DNA from: Myxococcota bacterium
GTDB lineage: Bacteria; Myxococcota; JACRCW01
Assembly: GCA_040752415.1 (NCBI GenBank)
Contig: JBFMGU010000006.1
Location: 7,779-71,778 of the forward strand
Direction of reading: 5' to 3'
Length of the DNA stretch: 64,000 bases
Positions within the stretch are counted from its first letter, which is position 1; every line of letters begins with the position of its first letter. The position numbers and the translations under genes are program-made. The notes under the pieces were generated by a model, which ran no database searches, was not told where the DNA came from, and worked only from the letters and a program-made list of their open reading frames with translations. Below, one piece after another: positions 53,955 through 63,630 of this stretch.

Positions 53955-55145
53955 ATGAAGCGGCGGATGGCGGTGCTGGTGGTGGTGTGGGCGGCGGCGT
54001 GCAGTGCGGGCAGTGGATCGGGGACCAGCGGTGCGTCGTCCTCCAGCGGGTCGGTGGAGTCCTCTTCCACGTCGGAGAGCGGCTCCTCCACGTCGGAGGG
54101 CTCCACCTCGTCGGGTGGGACCGGTTCCTCCAGCAGCACCTCCGGCGGCGAGACCCGGAGCTCCTCCACCAGCAGCGCCACGACGACCTCCACGTCGAGC
54201 GCGACATCATCCACGGGTTCGTCGAGCGCCACGGCCAGCTCGTCCTCCAGCTCGTCGTCCAGCTCCTCCAGCTCCTCCTCGGGAGTGGCCGTGGATGTCT
54301 CCGCCGCCAAGCGCGCCTATCTCACCAGCGCCGCGGCCTACGAGGTGCCGGTGGCCACCAGCGCGCTCGTCGTCGACGCGGTGTACACGGCGAGCATCCT
54401 GGGCGCGCAGGGCCAGGCCATCCTGACCACGGGGACCATCACCCAGGACGGCAACGGGCAGCTCAGCTACAGCAGCTCGCCGTCGGACCGGCTCCGCGTG
54501 GTGTACAGCGCGGGCGCCACCGTCGAGTACTTCATCTCGCAGATCGACGGGAACTTTGCCCTGGACTCCAGCGCCTTCCTCACCGAGGACCACGCGCTGA
54601 ACTTCCGTTACGTGAACAGCGGCGTGGCGGACCTTCAGGTGGTGGCCTCGCGTTCCGGCAGCACCCAGCAGGGAAGCATGAACGGCACGCTGGTCATCGA
54701 GTCGGTGAGCCACACGGTGAGCTGCTCGCGGCAGGGCACGGTCACCAGCCAGGTGGACTCCGGCTTCGCCCGCACCGACAGCAACGAGACGGTGACCGGG
54801 ACCATCACCGCCGCGGACTTCTCCATGACGGTGAATGAGCAGCGCGTGAGCGCCTTCCAGGTCTACAACGGGCAATCCGTCAACGACATCTCCCGGACCA
54901 TCGACGACGCGTGGACCACGCAAGGCATTCCGTACACGCTCTCCGGCGGGCTCATCCAGAAGAGCTTCGTCGACGGCGTGGCGGCGCAGCTGGACTCCTA
55001 CTGGCGCGCCGAGGGTCCCCTCACGCGCGACGGCGTGCCGGTGGGTGGGCTGGGCTGGGGTCAGGACGGCCTGGCCATCCAGGTCTGGCTGGACGTGGGT
55101 GGGCAGCGCACGGTGCTGGAGACCTACAGCGCGCCCCAATCGTGA
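53955..55145 (+). CDS. lipoprotein of unknown function with a Ser/Thr-rich linker
   Basis: ATG 53955 gives MKRRMAVLVVVWAAACSAGSG, a lipobox. A ~100-aa poly-S/T region is followed by a ~270-aa C-terminal domain. Confidence 0.7.
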   Translation: MKRRMAVLVVVWAAACSAGSGSGTSGASSSSGSVESSSTSESGSSTSEGSTSSGGTGSSSSTSGGETRSSSTSSATTTSTSSATSSTGSSSATASSSSSSSSSSSSSSSGVAVDVSAAKRAYLTSAAAYEVPVATSALVVDAVYTASILGAQGQAILTTGTITQDGNGQLSYSSSPSDRLRVVYSAGATVEYFISQIDGNFALDSSAFLTEDHALNFRYVNSGVADLQVVASRSGSTQQGSMNGTLVIESVSHTVSCSRQGTVTSQVDSGFARTDSNETVTGTITAADFSMTVNEQRVSAFQVYNGQSVNDISRTIDDAWTTQGIPYTLSGGLIQKSFVDGVAAQLDSYWRAEGPLTRDGVPVGGLGWGQDGLAIQVWLDVGGQRTVLETYSAPQS

Positions 55146-55159
55146 CGGAAGCCAGAAGT

Positions 55160-55281
55160 GCCCTTGCCCTGCCCGTGCCCGTGCCCGGCCTGTAGGTTCT
55201 CTCAGCGCAGAGGTTGTCTGCGGAGAACCCTCGTCGGGCGCTGAGCCCTCAAGCCGGGCACGGGCACGGGCAAGGGCAGCG
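55160..55281. repeat. nested inverted repeat between convergent genes. The 28-bp arms are gcccttgccctgcccgtgcccgtgcccgg, and the inner hairpin is ctcagcgc...gcgctgag. It is a likely bidirectional terminator or REP
   Basis: Read directly from the sequence. It lies 15 bp after the stop of 53955..55145 and 25 bp after the stop of the minus-strand gene ending at 55306. Confidence 0.65.
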
Positions 55282-55305
55282 TTTCTGGGATTGGCCGACA
55301 CACCC

Positions 55306-56133
55306 TCAGTTCCCGTCGATGCACTTGCCGAAATACACCGACTCGCTCACCGCCTCGCCTTCCCCGTCGGTGAACTCGCCGTAGAGGCGGGGATTGCCGC
55401 CCACGCCGCCAATGGAGGGCTGCTTGGCGATGTGGATTGGGCCGTCGGTGGGCGTGATGACCATGTCCACCGTGGTCTCATACGGGTCCGTGGTGTGCGT
55501 GCCCTTGGTGTTGTTCTTGAAGCGCATGCGGCCGTTGAGCCCGCTCATGACAATCGCCTCGTCGACGTAGATGTAGGGCCCGGGATGGTTGGTGCAGCCG
55601 CTGAGGTCCACGTACGCGGACAGGTCCGTGGGCAGGTCAAAGTAGAGGTCCTTGGCGCCGAGCCCCTTCTTGCACCGGCCGAGATAGAACTCATCCGTGA
55701 TGGGGTTCCACTTGTCGTCGAAGAGCTGCATGTAGATCAGCGGATTGCCGCCGGCGCCTCCCGCCGCCACCGACTTGGGGACCTGGATGGATTGCCCGTA
55801 GGGAATCATGTTGAGGCCAATGGTGGCCTCGATGTCACCGGACTTGTGCGTGCCCTTCTCGTTGTTCTGGAAGATGAGGTTCATCCCCGCGCCGCCCACG
55901 TACATCTCGCCGCTGATGGTGACGTAGGGACCGCCGGACTGCTCACACCCCGTCACGCTGGGTTTGAGCTTGAGGTTGCCCCGCGTGGTGGTGGTGGCCG
56001 TCATGACGTGATCCGTGTACTGCACCGGCGCAAGCGCGCTCCCGGTCTCCGGGCTCGTCGTCTCCGGGCTGGCGTCGGCATCACATCCCACCGCCAGCGC
56101 TCCCGTGAGCAACAACCCCGCTCCCTTCAACAT
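55306..56133 (-). CDS. lipoprotein with an internal tandem duplication of a ~110-aa domain
   Basis: Starting at ATG 56133 gives MLKGAGLLLTGALAVGC, a lipobox. The repeats YVTISGEMYVGGAGMNLIFQNNEKGTHKSGD... and YIYVDEAIVMSGLNGRMRFKNNTKGTHTTDP... share the pattern F.NN.KGTH and GG.GGNP. Confidence 0.7.
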   Translation of the reverse strand: MLKGAGLLLTGALAVGCDADASPETTSPETGSALAPVQYTDHVMTATTTTRGNLKLKPSVTGCEQSGGPYVTISGEMYVGGAGMNLIFQNNEKGTHKSGDIEATIGLNMIPYGQSIQVPKSVAAGGAGGNPLIYMQLFDDKWNPITDEFYLGRCKKGLGAKDLYFDLPTDLSAYVDLSGCTNHPGPYIYVDEAIVMSGLNGRMRFKNNTKGTHTTDPYETTVDMVITPTDGPIHIAKQPSIGGVGGNPRLYGEFTDGEGEAVSESVYFGKCIDGN

Positions 56134-56605
56134 GCACTCCGCGCGATGGTAACGACCCATGTGCATCGCTCCCTCTGCTTGTCGACGGGAACCCGGCGGA
56201 CAAGCTGGTGTCATGCGTGGCCCGTCACGGCCGCGCGTGGCCCTGCTGCAAATGGCTGTGACGGGTGATTCGGGCCGCTGCGCGCTTCCCCTGCGGGGGA
56301 CAACGCCAGCAGCACGTGCAACGAGCGCCGCGGCTTGAGGGATGCCCTCAGCGCGGACGTCACGGCCAGCTATCCTAACGGTGGGAGGCGCCCAAGCCAG
56401 CGCTCACTCGACGTCGACAAGGCAGTCAACGTGACAACGTGCGCCGAGGCCCCGGGACACCGGGCGCGTGCCCGCGTCGGAAATCTGCAACCCGCTGAAG
56501 ACGGCGTCACGGCGACACCAACCAAGTTGACGACGTGGGAATCAAGCCAGCGTCCCAGGCGCGGTCCGCTGGTGGCACCGCGGGACCTCCTCCAAGCGCG
56601 GAACG

Positions 56606-57460
56606 TTGCGGCGCGGTCCGCAGGTGGTGGAAGCTCCGGGGGTGTTGGCGTTGTGGATAGGCACCTTGGTGGTGGCGGGCGCGGTGACGCAGGACGCGTC
56701 GGTGGCGGTGTTCCCACTGCGAGCGGAAGCGGAGCTGAAGGAGAGCGTGGCGCGGCTGCTGACGGAGTCGCTGGTGGAACAGGTGCGCAAGAGCGGAAGG
56801 TTCTCCCGGGTGGTGACGCCGCAGGAGATTGCCGCCACCATGCCCGCGCAGCAGCAGACCGTGATCATGGAGTGCGCTCGCAGCGAGTGCGGGATGGTGG
56901 ACACGGAGCTGGCCGGGGCGTTGGGGGCAACCCACGTGCTGGTGGGGACGGCGGGGCGGCTGGGGAGCACCTACGTGCTGGCCTTGCGGCTCCTGGAGCT
57001 GCGGAGCGCACTGGTGGTGGCGTCGGTCACCGAGAACGTGAGCGGCAGCGGTGATGAGGTCCTGTTGCGTGCGCTGCCGCGGATGGTGTCCCACCTGCTG
57101 GGGCAAGCCGGGTTGATGCAGACGCACGTCGTGACGTCCCCGGAGTCCACTCGTCCTCCCCTCCGACCCGCGCTGTGGAGCGTGGGCGCCGTGACCGGCC
57201 TGGGCGCCGTGGCGGGCCTGGTGCTCGCGGGCGGTCTCGGCGTGGCCGGCGTGGGATGGATGTGGCTGACCTATTCCGTGACCCCGCGCTTCGCTCGCCT
57301 CCTGCCCGTGGGGCCGCTGGAAGACGACACCGCGCTGCTGGCGCGACTGGTCGGACCGGCGTCCATCCTGTTCGTGCTCGGTGCTGGCGTGGCGGTGCTG
57401 GGATTGGTGCTGGGCGGCGTGGCGGTGGGTACTGTGGCTGCCGGCTTGGGAATGGAGTGA
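56606..57460 (+). CDS. secreted protein, paralog family A, with a C-terminal polytopic Gly/Ala/Val-rich anchor
   Basis: Signal peptide. The domain AVFPLRAEAELKESVARLLTESLVEQVRKSGRFSRVV...ECARSEC...THVLVGTAGRLGSTYVLALRLLE matches 22943..23455 and 24062..24934. The C-terminus has at least 3 hydrophobic segments, like 24062..24934. Confidence 0.65.
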   Translation: MRRGPQVVEAPGVLALWIGTLVVAGAVTQDASVAVFPLRAEAELKESVARLLTESLVEQVRKSGRFSRVVTPQEIAATMPAQQQTVIMECARSECGMVDTELAGALGATHVLVGTAGRLGSTYVLALRLLELRSALVVASVTENVSGSGDEVLLRALPRMVSHLLGQAGLMQTHVVTSPESTRPPLRPALWSVGAVTGLGAVAGLVLAGGLGVAGVGWMWLTYSVTPRFARLLPVGPLEDDTALLARLVGPASILFVLGAGVAVLGLVLGGVAVGTVAAGLGME

Positions 57461-57468
57461 AGCCGCTC

Positions 57469-59235
57469 ATGACCCGACGGTGGCTACCGGTGATCCTGGC
57501 AAGCCTTGCGGCATGGGGCTGTCCCAGCACGGAACAAGCGTGCGACACCACGGAAGACTGTTTTGCGGGAACGGAGTGCGGCCCCGACGGGCGGTGTCAT
57601 CGCATCACGTCGTCATCGCTTTCCTCCACGTCGGCCACGTCCTCTTCGGGCTCCGCGGCATCCTCCGCCACAAGCTCCGCCTCGGCGTCGTCGTCCTCTT
57701 CTGCCTCATCGGCCGCGGTGGGGACCTCAACGTCGTCCTCATCGTCCGGCGCCTCGGGGGTGGCCTCGACGAACAGCGCCACCACGACCAGCACCTCCCA
57801 GGCGGCCTCTTCCAGCAGCAGCTCCAGCGGCCAGAGCACCTCCCTCTCCACGGCAGCGTCGTCGACAACGTCCTCCTCGTCGTCGTCCACGGGCGCCACG
57901 TCATCCGCCTCCGCCGCGGCCACATCCACGAGCGGCGGGACAACCACGTCTTCGGCGGCCGTTTCCTCGTCGTCCTCGTCGTCCTCGTCGTCGTCCTCGT
58001 CGTCCTCGTCGTCCTCGTCGTCTTCTTCGTCGTCCTCGTCCAGCAGCGGGTGGGCGGTGAGCAGCTCGTCGTCCGGGCAGCCACACTGCGGGGGCCCGCC
58101 GGCATTCACGGATGACTTTTCCAGCACCTATGTGGACAGCGCTCGCTGGGTCGTCACGGCGGAGGGCGTTTCGGTCAACCAGTTTTCCTCCAAGCTCTCC
58201 GTCTACTTTCCCGCCAACGGCGAGCAGGATCCCCACGGCGGCGTGACCACGACGCTGCGGTACGACGTCAGGGGCTCGTATGCGTCGGTGAAGGTCGACT
58301 CGGTGGGAGGCGAGCAGATCGCTCCGTCGCTCGCCATCACGGATCCGGACAACCTGGCCCGGGGCTTCATGCTGGAGCGGCAAGCCGGGGAGCTGGTGTT
58401 CATGGTGGACGGGGTCGAGCAGGCGCGCGCGGCCTTCGTCCCAGGCACGGATGTGTGGTGGCGGATCCGGGAGGCGTCCGGCGTGGTGTACTGCGACACG
58501 TCGGCTGACGGGGCCAACTGGGCAACGCGCTTGTCGGTGATTTCCTCCCAGAGTGCATTGGACCTGTCCCGCGCCGTGGTGGCGTTGCAGGCGCGGCACC
58601 TGTCGGGCGGGCCGGGTGATGGCAGCTCGGCAAGGTTCACCAACTACAACGGCGGGGGCGTACCCGCGGAGCCGTTCTGCCCAAGTCTTTCGTTCTCGCA
58701 GGACCTGACCCGGCCCCTGCCCGATCCGGACTTCACCTTCGAGGGGACGTGCCCCATCGCCGCCACGCCAGGCGGACTGAGCTTCACCATTCCCGGCACG
58801 GCGTGCTCCAGCGCCTATTCATCCGCCACGGCCTACAATCTCGTGGACTCCGCGGTGTTCGTGGAGCTCTCCGACGGCACGAACGCGAGCGCGTACATGG
58901 GGCTGGAAGTGAGGACCGCGGACGGGCTGTACGCGGCGTCGTTCTCCCGGGTCAGTGGTGGTGGGTTCTACGAAGCGCGGACCATCGTGCCCGGCATGTC
59001 CTCGCCGGTCCGGAGCGATATGCTGGGAGGGGTCCAACACCTCTGGCTCAAGATCGCGCAGGAGGGCACGCTGCTCGTCTGGTACTACAGCAGCGACGGG
59101 CTCACCTGGATCGCATTCGCCAGCACCATCGCGGACACGCCGTTCTCGGACGTGCGGATCAAGCTGTTCTTCTCGAGCAACGGCCAGCCCAACGGGTCCA
59201 GCGCGCTCTTCAACCACCTGAACACGTCGCCGTGA
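57469..59235 (+). CDS. lipoprotein with an N-terminal Cys-rich module (CDTTEDCFAGTECGPDGRCH), a very long Ser/Thr linker and two tandem beta-rich domains
   Basis: ATG 57469 gives MTRRWLPVILASLAAWGC, a lipobox. It contains an uninterrupted 27-Ser run. The table ORF starts earlier at 57175 in a poor context. Confidence 0.7.
   Translation: MTRRWLPVILASLAAWGCPSTEQACDTTEDCFAGTECGPDGRCHRITSSSLSSTSATSSSGSAASSATSSASASSSSSASSAAVGTSTSSSSSGASGVASTNSATTTSTSQAASSSSSSSGQSTSLSTAASSTTSSSSSSTGATSSASAAATSTSGGTTTSSAAVSSSSSSSSSSSSSSSSSSSSSSSSSSSSGWAVSSSSSGQPHCGGPPAFTDDFSSTYVDSARWVVTAEGVSVNQFSSKLSVYFPANGEQDPHGGVTTTLRYDVRGSYASVKVDSVGGEQIAPSLAITDPDNLARGFMLERQAGELVFMVDGVEQARAAFVPGTDVWWRIREASGVVYCDTSADGANWATRLSVISSQSALDLSRAVVALQARHLSGGPGDGSSARFTNYNGGGVPAEPFCPSLSFSQDLTRPLPDPDFTFEGTCPIAATPGGLSFTIPGTACSSAYSSATAYNLVDSAVFVELSDGTNASAYMGLEVRTADGLYAASFSRVSGGGFYEARTIVPGMSSPVRSDMLGGVQHLWLKIAQEGTLLVWYYSSDGLTWIAFASTIADTPFSDVRIKLFFSSNGQPNGSSALFNHLNTSP
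57964..58040 (+). repeat. trinucleotide/9-bp (tcctcgtcg)n microsatellite encoding the poly-Ser run
   Basis: Near-perfect tandem 9-bp units are read directly from the sequence. It lies inside the CDS 57469..59235. Confidence 0.8.
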
Positions 59236-59512
59236 CGGGCGCAGCGACGGCAATCCGGCGGACCTGGCCCCCTTCACGCGTGGCGGTGATGACCCCGTGA
59301 CCACAGTACGGAGCCGTTCCGTGCCCGCGTCGGTCATCAGCGACGCGCCATGGATGTCCAGCGTGTACCTTGGATGCCCACGTTCCCGTGCGGCCGCCGC
59401 CGTGAACGGGTCCGCATCCCATGGCAATCATTGATGATTCTCCCCGCGGCCTCGCGCGCCTGGGCCTGGGCACGCTCCTTGGATTGTCGGGTGGTCACAA
59501 GGAGAAACCACC

Positions 59513-59905
59513 ATGCTGACCACGCTCACCCTCGCCCTGCTCGCCCTCACCGCGGAGCCGCACGCGCCCACGTGCGGTGAGGTCGCCGCGCACCAGGCCG
59601 CGCTCCTCTCCCGCAACCTGGCGCCCCTCTCCCGTCCCACCATGACGACGGAGCTGGAAGCGCAGTGCCGCGAGGAGGCGTTCAGCGTTGCGCTCCGTCG
59701 GTGCGTGGTCTCCGCGCGCAGCTTCACCGCCGCGCAGCGCTGCACCGCGCCCACCCCGGAGATCGTCGTCGACGGGAGCACGCCCTCCCTCTTCTTCGCC
59801 CTGCCCCGCCCGGACCGGGTCATCCGCATCGCGCGGGCCACGCTGCCGCAGCCGTCCGCACCGGAGACCACGCGCACGGTTTCTGCCGGGGCACCGCGTC
59901 GCTGA
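59513..59905 (+). CDS. small secreted hypothetical protein (130 aa)
   Basis: AAGGAGAAACCACC precedes the ATG at 59513. The signal peptide is MLTTLTLALLALTAEPHA. The mature part contains 4 Cys. Confidence 0.5.
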   Translation: MLTTLTLALLALTAEPHAPTCGEVAAHQAALLSRNLAPLSRPTMTTELEAQCREEAFSVALRRCVVSARSFTAAQRCTAPTPEIVVDGSTPSLFFALPRPDRVIRIARATLPQPSAPETTRTVSAGAPRR

Positions 59906-59980
59906 GGGGCGTCTCGACGCCTGCGCTCGCCGTGTCCTCCAGCAATTCCGACGACGAGCGGGTACCCGGACGGGTCCGCC

Positions 59981-60649
59981 TCACGCCTCCCGACGGCGGT
60001 ACCGGCGCGACCAGACCGCGATGAGCGGCGTGATGACGACGGTGGGCGCCAGCCACGCCGCCAGCATCCACTCCCCCGGCAGCACGCGGTTGGCGTTGGT
60101 GACCAGGAACGCGGTGAGCGTGGCGATGCAGGAGATGAGCATGGCGCCCAGGTGCTCCCGCAGCCACCAGCCCTTCTCCGAGGGAACCGCGCGCATCCGT
60201 CGGAGCTGCGGCACCGCCACCAAGAGCCCGAGCGGCACGAAGGTCATGCCCAGCACGTAGCCCACGCGCACCGACTGGACCCCCAGGGCCACCGTGGCCA
60301 CGACGAGCATCAGCGGGAGCACGTGGTCCACCACCACGCGGTGCGGCGCGGTCCGCGTCTTCTGGCGCAGCACCCTCACGCCGTAGAAGGCGGTGGTGAG
60401 CGACATCAGGCCCACGTAGCCCAGGAACAACACGCCCATGGGATTGCGCTCCGGGTTGTGCACCAGGCGCAGCGGCACCACGCAGAACGTGGTCAGCGCG
60501 GCCACCATCATGGCCGCCACGTAGGCCACGCCCACGCGTCGGTGCACCGTGTTGCCCTTGGTGACGACGAGCGGGACCCAGAAGGTGGCCAGCGCAACGC
60601 CACCGGCGATGACGTGCAGGGCAATCAGCGCATCCATCAGCGTCGACAC
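59981..60649 (-). CDS. integral membrane protein of unknown function (~6 TM)
   Basis: 222 aa with alternating hydrophobic helices, an Arg-rich C-terminus, and GC3 bias. Confidence 0.6.
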   Translation of the reverse strand: MSTLMDALIALHVIAGGVALATFWVPLVVTKGNTVHRRVGVAYVAAMMVAALTTFCVVPLRLVHNPERNPMGVLFLGYVGLMSLTTAFYGVRVLRQKTRTAPHRVVVDHVLPLMLVVATVALGVQSVRVGYVLGMTFVPLGLLVAVPQLRRMRAVPSEKGWWLREHLGAMLISCIATLTAFLVTNANRVLPGEWMLAAWLAPTVVITPLIAVWSRRYRRREA

Positions 60650-60674
60650 GCGTCACCTGGAGTCCGGGCGCGGC

Positions 60675-61181
60675 TCAGCCGCCGTCGGCGACACCGCCGT
60701 CGCGCGGGGCGGGCAGCTGGTCGCCGGGCAGCGCGCCCCCCGCGATCCAGGCGCGGATCAGGGCAATGCGCTCGTCGGACAGGCGCGTGCCGATGGGCAT
60801 GCGGGAGCCCCCGCCGCTGGGTGGACGGTCCACGACCTTGATGTACAGGAAGCTCTCCTCGGGGACGCCGGGCTTCACCTGCGGGAAGTCGCTCTTGATG
60901 GCGTTGGCGCCCTGGCCGTCCGGCCCCAGCAGCGCCTGGTAGGCCGCGCCCGCCACCAGGCTGAGCTGGCCAGCGGGGTTGGCGCTGCCGTCGTGGCAGT
61001 CGGCGCACTCCGGCGTGAAGATGGTGGCCTGGATGTTGTTGAAGGTGGGGGGGCCCGCGTCGGGGGCGGCCGTGCCCGCGTCGGAATCCCCGCCGGAGGA
61101 CGAGCCTCCCGAGCCGGTGGTGGGCCCACACGCCACCGCGGCCATCACCAGCGCCATCCCTGCCCAGCCCGCAGCCTTCAT
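60675..61181 (-). CDS. c-type cytochrome lipoprotein
   Basis: Lipobox ALVMAAVACG. A single CxxCH heme-binding motif (PECADCHDG) is present. ~168 aa. Confidence 0.7.
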   Translation of the reverse strand: MKAAGWAGMALVMAAVACGPTTGSGGSSSGGDSDAGTAAPDAGPPTFNNIQATIFTPECADCHDGSANPAGQLSLVAGAAYQALLGPDGQGANAIKSDFPQVKPGVPEESFLYIKVVDRPPSGGGSRMPIGTRLSDERIALIRAWIAGGALPGDQLPAPRDGGVADGG

Positions 61182-61236
61182 GCCGTGCTCCTCACCCCCT
61201 CGGGGAGGGGAAGGAAACCGTGCGCCCGGGCGGCCG

Positions 61237-63513
61237 TCAATTCACCGCGCCCGCCGGCAGACGGTCCAGCACACGCCTCAGCGCCTCCCGCAGCTCCTCC
61301 GGGCGGAAGGGTTTGCGCAGGAAGGCCGCGTGCCCCCGGCGCCCCACCTCGTCGGTGATGTGGTCCTCGGTGTAGCCGCTCATCAGGATCACCCGCGCCT
61401 TGGGGTCCAGCTCCAGCAAGCCGCGCAACACCTCCAGCCCACCCATGCCGGGCATGGTGAGGTCCACCACCGCGGCGCTGATGCGCCCCCGTTCACGCGC
61501 GTACAGCTCCAGCGCCTCCGCGCCGTGACGCGCCTGCAGCACCGTGAGCCCGGAGCGTTGCAGCACGCTGGCCACCAGGGCGCGCACGCCTTCCTCGTCG
61601 TCGACCACCAGGATGGTGCCTTGCGCGGTGAAGGGCGGCGGCGTGGGACGACGCGCGGGCTCGGACACCCCCTCCGCCACCGGCAGCAGCAGGCGGAAGA
61701 CCGAGCCGGCGCCGGGAGCGCTCTCCACGCGCAGGGCGCCCCGGTGCGCGCGCACAATGCCCAGCACCGCCGCCAGGCCCAGGCCGCGCCCGGCGAACTT
61801 GGTGCTGAAGAACGGCTCGAAGATGCGCGCGCGCGTGGCCGCGTCCATCCCGCTGCCGGTGTCCTGCACCTCCACGTAGACGCACCGCCCCGCCGCGGTG
61901 GTGATGGGTGGCTGGCACTGCGCCAGGTAACCGTGATCCACGTCCATGACGCCGGTGCGCACCGTGACCTCGCCGGGCTGCTGGGCCAGCGCCTCCACCG
62001 CGTTGATCACCAGGCTCAGGATGGCCTGGCGCACCTGCGCGGGGTCGGCCTGCACCGGAGGCAGCGTCACACCGTTCACGTGGTGCAGCGTGGCGTTGCC
62101 GCTCAGCGAGGGGCGCACCACCTTGGCCGCGTCCTCCACCAGCGTGCCCACGTCGACACGCCGCATCTCCATCCGGTTCTTCCCGGCGTAGGACAGAAGC
62201 TGCTGGCACAGCTCCGCGGCGCGCACGCTGGCGCTCTCAATGCCCTCCAGCCATTCCAGCGCAGGGTTGTCGGGCTGCAGCCCGGTGGCGGCCAGCGCCG
62301 CGTGGCCCAGGATGACGGAGAGCAGGTTGTTGAAGTCATGGGCAATGCCGCCGGCCAGCACACCCAGGCTGTCCAGCTTCTGCGCGCTGATGAGGGCCTC
62401 CTGACGACGCTGGCGGTCGGTGATGTCGCGGATCACCACCAGCATGCAGCGCTGCCCCTCCAGGGTCACGCCCTTGATGGAGGCCTCCACCGGCACGCGG
62501 TGGCCGCGCTTGTGGATGATGCGCGTCTCGTGGTGCTCACTGACCGGTCCTCCCGCCTCCCGTCGACGACGTCGCTCCAGCGCCTCCGGCACGTCCTCCG
62601 GCGCCACCACCTGCAGGTACGTGGGCCAGGCGCGCATCTCCTCCTGCGTGTAGCCGTTGATCTGGGAGAGGGCCTCGTTGGCCAGCAGGATGCGCTGGCT
62701 CGCCAGACCCACCACGCACACGCCCAGGCCCAGGTCGCTCTGCGCGCGCAGGATGGCCTCGTACAGCGCGGTCTGCCGCTGCAGCTCCTCCTGCACGCGC
62801 TTCTGCTCGCCAATGTCGCGCATGGCCACCAGCCGCGCGGGCATCCCGTCAAACCGGCAGGAACGGGAGCAGAGCTCCAGCATCACGCGGGAACCGTCGG
62901 AGCGGATGCCCACCACCTCGTAGCGGCCCTCCAGGTTGTCCTGGAACCGACGGTTCACCTCCGGCAGGCTCTCCGGCGCCACCAGCTCACCCACCGCGCG
63001 CCCCACCAGCTGCTCCCGCGGCGCGCGGTAGATGCGCTCCATGGCCGGGTTGCACGCCACCACCCGCCCGCGCTGGGCCACCACCACGCCGTCAAACGCC
63101 GACTCCACCAGCCCCAGGTAGCGCTCCCGGCTCTCCTGCAGCTCCTCCAGCTCGGCGCGCTGCGCGGTGACGTCGCACAGCATCGAGACCACACGCTCCC
63201 CGCGGACGCGCAGCTCTTCGCGCAGCCACATCGTCCCGCCCGCCGCACGCTGGAACCGGTACTCCAGCACGTGGCTGCCACCCGCCTGCAGCGCGCGGTG
63301 ATACGCGGCGCTGGTGGCCGCGCGGTCGTCCGCGTGGACGTGGTTCAACCAGAAGCCCTGCTCCTGCAACCACCGGTCCGCGACATGACCGGTCAGCCGT
63401 TCCGTCGGCGCGCTAACATGGGTGAAGGTCCGGTCCGGCCCGTGGGCCTCCGTGACCGCCACCTCCAACTCCTCCAGCAGGTGCTCGCCTGGCCTGCCGT
63501 GCCGCGTCTCCAT
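61237..63513 (-). CDS. hybrid sensor histidine kinase/response regulator with multiple PAS domains
   Basis: Three PAS-like segments are followed by the HisKA H-box (GIAHDFNNLL), the HATPase_c G-boxes (DTGSGMD, GRGLGLA) and a C-terminal receiver domain (ILVVDDEEGVR ... DLTMPGMGG ... KPF). Confidence 0.9.
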   Translation of the reverse strand: METRHGRPGEHLLEELEVAVTEAHGPDRTFTHVSAPTERLTGHVADRWLQEQGFWLNHVHADDRAATSAAYHRALQAGGSHVLEYRFQRAAGGTMWLREELRVRGERVVSMLCDVTAQRAELEELQESRERYLGLVESAFDGVVVAQRGRVVACNPAMERIYRAPREQLVGRAVGELVAPESLPEVNRRFQDNLEGRYEVVGIRSDGSRVMLELCSRSCRFDGMPARLVAMRDIGEQKRVQEELQRQTALYEAILRAQSDLGLGVCVVGLASQRILLANEALSQINGYTQEEMRAWPTYLQVVAPEDVPEALERRRRREAGGPVSEHHETRIIHKRGHRVPVEASIKGVTLEGQRCMLVVIRDITDRQRRQEALISAQKLDSLGVLAGGIAHDFNNLLSVILGHAALAATGLQPDNPALEWLEGIESASVRAAELCQQLLSYAGKNRMEMRRVDVGTLVEDAAKVVRPSLSGNATLHHVNGVTLPPVQADPAQVRQAILSLVINAVEALAQQPGEVTVRTGVMDVDHGYLAQCQPPITTAAGRCVYVEVQDTGSGMDAATRARIFEPFFSTKFAGRGLGLAAVLGIVRAHRGALRVESAPGAGSVFRLLLPVAEGVSEPARRPTPPPFTAQGTILVVDDEEGVRALVASVLQRSGLTVLQARHGAEALELYARERGRISAAVVDLTMPGMGGLEVLRGLLELDPKARVILMSGYTEDHITDEVGRRGHAAFLRKPFRPEELREALRRVLDRLPAGAVN

Positions 63514-63630
63514 GGCCCCTCCGCCACCAGCCGGTAGGAGAACCCACCGCAGGTGTCAACACGAGCGGGCGCAAGCCGGGGCGCTTGACGTCGCTGGAGC
63601 AGGCCCGTGGTGCGTGCTAGCTGGGCGCGC

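Noticed and set aside
46432-63537. Other long antisense ORFs (46432..47391 -, 48111..49415 +, 51837..53903 -, 54207..55301 -, 55045..56268 +, 60979..63537 +)
   Set aside because: Each is the reverse strand of a gene with clear motifs (AKR, lipase-like, PEP-synthase-like, lipoproteins, histidine kinase).
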